DNA from: Geosiphon pyriformis uo1 | Lineage: Eukaryota > Fungi > Glomeromycota | Direction: 5' to 3' | DNA: 12,511 nt | NCBI GenBank assembly: GCA_016748015.1 | Contig: JAAOMT010000255.1 | Location: 1 to 12,511 of the forward strand | Part shown: positions 8,340 through 12,511 of the stretch, piece after piece | How positions within the stretch are numbered: the stretch's first letter is position 1 | How the letters are laid out: each line of letters starts with the position of its first letter | The notes under the pieces: generated by a model | Seen by the model: only the letters and a program-made list of their open reading frames with translations | Told to the model about the DNA's origin: nothing | Database searches by the model: none | Made by a program: the position numbers and the translations under genes

Positions 8340-9060
8340 ATCCTCGGACTCGTAGGCCGGAGGCCCTACGCTACCCCAGCACGTGCGTGAGGTGCTCCTC
8401 CCCTCCGCGGGGCAGGGTGGAGAGGGGCCTCCGCCCCCCCCCCAGCCGTATGCGGGGGGCTTATATAGGTGCCATCCATAGCACAGGGCCCATGATCAGA
8501 CTTTGGCCCCTGCTGAGGGGGGCTTCGCCCCCCCCCCACGTGTGGGGGGCTCCGCCCCCACCGGGTGGAGTGTTTCTCCCCTCCGGGCGGGGGGGTGCTC
8601 CTCCCACCCCCAATAGGTGGGCTCCGCCTCCGTGGGCAGTACTCCCCACTCGGAGTGCTATACTCTCCCAGGGGGGGAGTGCTCTACACACTGGGGGCTC
8701 CGCCCCCCCCCACTCCCCGCACTTGTGCTTTGGGGGCTCCGACGTAGTGGGGGGGCTCCGCCCCCCTCACACGGCCTATGGCCGGGGTGGACTCCGACCC
8801 CCCCCCCCGACGGAGGCGGGGGTGCTCACGGGCGGCTTCTTTTATCCGGGTTTGTTGGGGACTCGGGCTATAGAGGGGTCCTTGGCAGAGGGGGCGTTGG
8901 GTCCTATACGGGCGGTGTGTGCTCTCCACTAGGGGGGGCCTACGGGGGGGAGGGGTCCTTTTTCTGCAGAGGGGAGGGGGGGGGCTCCACCCCCTACACA
9001 GCTGAGGCACTCCGGGCCCTCTTGCGCTCCCTGCCACTCCGTAAGGGGCGAGTGAGGGGC
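8340..9060. promoter_or_regulatory. GC-rich mini-hairpin cluster A; candidate replication origin/control element
   Basis: G(n)C-TCC/TTC-GC(n) hairpins at 8517-8533, 8545-8559, 8693-8707, 8750-8766, with variants at 8424, 8619, 8732, 8788, 8976; hairpin CGTAGG-CCGGAGGC-CCTACG at 8351-8370. CpG-rich unlike most of the molecule. Function is inferred. Confidence 0.55.
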
Positions 9061-11926
9061 TACATTGGTGGTATTGGTTGTGGGATTGGTGGGTTTGTGG
9101 TATCTGGGGCTATAGAGGGTAGTAGTCGGCTAGGCTTGTGTGGCTTATAGGGCAGTAGTGTTGGTGGTATCTAGAGGCAGTATTTTGGCTTCTAGGTGGT
9201 ATTGATCCCTATCGGGGTAGTATAGAGGATTGGTGGGGTACTGGGGCTACATTGGAGAGTATATGGGTCTAGGGGTAGTCTATGGGGTAGTAGTCTTAAT
9301 GGGCGAGAGGGGCTACATTGGTGGGTATAGGCTACATTGGGTAGTATGGGGTATTGGTGTATATGGGTAGTATGGGTGTATCTTATTGGTTGTTATTGGG
9401 GGGATTTGTGGTATTGGTGTGTGGGTGGGGGTATAGGGTAGTCCCTCTTTGTGGGTATGGGTGTGGATGGGTAGGGTAGTATGGGGAATATGGTAGGGAT
9501 TTTGTATGATAGGGATCTAGTGGTGGGATGGGGCATATGGTTGGAGTACCTGGGTACTACTCATGGGTAATTGTGGTGGAGTGTCATATGGGGATATGGG
9601 TATGGGAGATAGGGTCTAGGAGGGGTCCTCTGGGACGTAGAGTCTGGGGCATATGGGGTATAGTGGATGGGTATGGGCTCTGGGGATATGGTAGAGAGTA
9701 CTGGGTATATGGGGGATCTAGTGGATAAGTGATATGGTGGTTGGGCATGAGAGGCCTATGGCACTGGTGTGGGTACTGGGTAGTACAGGTGGTCTGTGAG
9801 AGGGAACTGGTCATATGGGACGTAGTACCTGTTGGTCCAGGATGGGTATAGTAGAGGACCTAAGGGTATATGGTAGGACCTATGGTCCTATAGGGTTGTG
9901 GTGTATGGGTATAATGGGATAGAGTACCTACGGTCCTATGGTGGATGGTGGGTATATGGTGTAGGTTCTAGAGGGTATGGGTACTAGGTCTAATGGGGGA
10001 TTGATAGGGAGTACAAAGGGTACTCTTGGGTAGAATGGGATGGAGGTCGATGGTGTAGTACATATGGTACCAAGGGTGGGATATTGTAGTACCTATTGGA
10101 CTCATGGGTAGTAGTGGGGATGGAGTATAATGGAGTACTAAGGTCCTCAGGTGGTAGAGGATATGGGTATTCGAGAGTGCCTATGGTGACTAGAGAATGG
10201 TGGTCTAGGGTATGATGGGTAGGGGGATTTATGGGAGATAGGTATTGGGGATATGGTTGGGATAGGGGATCTAGGTAATATGGGGCATAGGGTATGATGG
10301 GGAATCGGTACTAGGGATATAGGTCATGGTGGTATAGGGTATCTGGAGTACCTCTAGGTACTATGGGATCTGGTATGTATCGGGATAGTACATATGGCAC
10401 TAGAGGTTGTGGTATGGGAGATAGTACAAAGGGTCCTCAGGTCATAGGGGATCTGGTCATATAGGGTCTTGAGTAGTACCGGTACTAGAGGTATTGGGTA
10501 TAGGTAGGTATGGTGGGTAGTAGGATATAGGGTATGGAGATGGGGGATAATGGGTATTCTAGAGGACCTATGGTACTCATGGGGGGACATATGGGTATGG
10601 GGAAGATGGGTAGTCTAGAGTCTGATAGTACCTTTGTACTGGGTAAGAGGGTACTAATTGGGCATATGGGATGGTGGAGTACCTCTGGTATATGGAGTAC
10701 CTATGGTCCTATGGGATCTTGGGATCTGGGGGGATGGGGTATAATGGGAAGATAGATATGAGTAGGATGGGTCATAGGGATATGATAGTACCAGGGTACT
10801 CATAGTGGAGATAGGTACTCAGGGTGGTATTGGGTAGTAGGGAATCTAGGGTATTGGGTATGGTGGGATATTGGGGATTGGGTATGGGATCTTGGTTGGG
10901 TATCTGGGAGGACCTGGGGTCCTAGGGTTGGGGTCATGGAGATGGTGGAATATGGGGATCTGGTGGAGTGCCTATTGCACTGGTGGTAGGGGATAGAGGG
11001 TAGAATGGGTTGTGGTATGGGAGATGGGTGTGATGGTACATAGGGGAATATGTGGAATGGTGGTAATGGGTATTAGGTCTATGGGATATGGTGGGTATGG
11101 GTATAATTGTAATATGGTACTCAGGTTGGTATTGGGTAATGGGACATATGGTAATAGTTGGTCAGATGTGGTAGGTCATATGGGGTGGTATTGGGGCTAC
11201 GGGTCAGATAGGGTCTGGGATGGTGGAGGCCTATGGCACTGAGGGGTATTCTAGGGCAGGATAGGCATTTTGCCTAGGGGTTGGGTAGAAAGGGTCTGAT
11301 TGGATAGTACCTGTTGGTCCTAGAGAGTAGGTAAAATGGGTATTGTGGGTGGGATAGGGCCTGCGGCCCGGTGATGGCTATGGGGCATATGGGGTAGTAC
11401 TGTTGGTCCTAGATGGAGTGGTATATAGGGAATCAGGGTAATGAGACATCTAGTATGAGGTAGGATTGATCATAGGGGATAGTGGTAAAAGGGGTCAGAT
11501 ATGGTATTGGTTTGTATAGGGCCTTGGGCACTAGTGGAGATAGGCTATGGGATGGTGTGTATTCTGGGTACTCATAAGGGATATGGGGTATGGAGGATCC
11601 TATTTGGTAGTGCCTATGGCCTATGGGTGTGGTAGGATGGGTAATGGGTCATGGGTAGAGTAGGGAATCTGGGTAGTATTTGGTGTTTGGTATATCGGGT
11701 AGTCTTAATGGGGCGTGGGTTATAGGTACTTCTAGGGTAGTATTTGGGGTATTGGGTTGTTTGGCTGTTTGGTGTGGTATTTGTGGGTAGAGGGACTTGT
11801 GTGGGTAGGGGCTAGGGTGGTTGGGAATAGAGGGTAAGATAGGGGTTGTTTGGTTTGTATGGTGGCTTGTGTGGGCGAGTGGGGACTCCTACCACCTACA
11901 CAGTACGGGCACGTGCCCTACCGCTC
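9060..11926 (+). other. Large non-coding, strongly G/T-skewed region with many GGG runs (control-region-like); continues through 1-375
   Basis: Very few C outside hairpins. ORFs here translate only to compositional G/W/V/M/Y (+) or P/H/T/I (-) peptides. Confidence 0.7.
9545..11621. repeat. Dispersed array of degenerate short hairpins (consensus ~AGTACC-TAT-GGTACT) in a C-poor G/T/A tract
   Basis: Perfect stems at 9545-9558, 9874-9890, 10009-10025, 10347-10362, 10474-10487, 10787-10800, 10909-10923, 10967-10981 and 11262-11276, plus roughly 20 imperfect copies. Confidence 0.8.
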
Positions 11927-12511
11927 CTCCCCAGGGCAGGGGGGAGAGAGGGGGCTTGTGTGGTTGGGGCAGTATGGGTAGGTATGGTGGGCAGTAGTGT
12001 TGGGTACTAGTGCTGCGGATGGTGGGTTGTTTGTGGGGTAGTATTGGGGCTTGTGTGCTTTGGTAGTATGGGGCATAGAGGTTGGAATCTGGGTAGTCTG
12101 GGCTTGTTGTTGTGTGTGGGCCTTTGGCTACATCTGGGGCTTCGGGTGGGCATCTATAGGGCTACATTGGGGTATCTAGAGGGTAGGATTGGTGGTTGTG
12201 TGTTGTTTGGGTGGTGGGTGGTGTTTGGGTAGTCTTTGGGGGTAATATCTGGGTGGGATTGGTGGTTGGGGCGATACGGGTGCTTGTGGTAGTCTGTATG
12301 CTGGGGCGAAGGCTGGGGGTGCTCCCCCCACCAATGTTACACAGCTTCGGGCCGGAGGCCCTACGCTCCCCTAGTGCAGGAGGCCGGAGGCCACTCCCCT
12401 CCCACTCGTTATCGGGGACCTCCGGGGGGCGATGCCCCTCCGTGCAACCCCACTCCCCAAGGCGTAACAGATAGGGAGTGCACTGGGGGGAGGGTGGGTC
12501 GACCCCCCCCC
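11927..12511 (+). repeat. Terminal direct repeat, copy 2 (circularisation overlap)
   Basis: Copy of 1-585 with no differences seen by eye. Confidence 0.95.

Noticed and set aside
8500-8770. Anellovirus/CRESS-virus origin because of the GGGGGCTCCGCCCCC motif
   Set aside because: The molecule is far larger than those genomes and shows no Rep or Arg-rich capsid ORF.
8387-9150. ORFs of 181, 177 and 117 aa in the GC cluster, including an nad1-like LRKG at 9037-9048
   Set aside because: Pro/Gly/Arg-rich translations of G/C hairpins that lack stops by composition; no downstream nad1 motifs (QPxAD, SNSKY, PFD, ESELV) were found.
9545-11621. CRISPR array
   Set aside because: Repeats are only ~15 nt, degenerate and irregularly spaced; no cas genes.
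1-12511. LTR or DIRS retrotransposon interpretation of the terminal repeats
   Set aside because: No TG...CA ends, PBS, or gag/RT/RNase H/integrase/recombinase motifs were seen.

Overview
The window looks like one complete circular molecule of 11,926 bp. Positions 1-585 are repeated exactly at 11927-12511, consistent with an untrimmed assembly overlap. No long clean ORF is present. Read on the + strand with frameshifts allowed, ~990-8320 is tiled end to end by collinear, roughly full-length but heavily broken versions of mitochondrial respiratory genes, in the order cob - nad5 - cox1 - cox3 - (nad3?)/cox2 - nad4. Each has many small indels, internal stops, Pro/C where Leu/Ser/Phe/T is expected, and 10-11 nt poly-C tracts. 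The remaining ~4.3 kb (8320-11926 plus 1-730) is a structured non-coding region: two GC-rich mini-hairpin clusters, duplicated G/T-rich flanks, and a central C-poor tract punctuated by ~25-30 degenerate AGTACC-N(2-5)-GGTACT hairpins. My best reading is a mitochondrial-type chromosome whose genes are either encrypted (need extensive RNA editing or recoding) or all decayed. A sequencing or synthetic artefact cannot be excluded. Gene calls come from by-eye motif matching against remembered consensus sequences, with a real false-positive risk, and need frameshift-aware HMM confirmation. No rRNA, tRNA, nad1, nad2, nad6, nad4L or atp genes were recognised.
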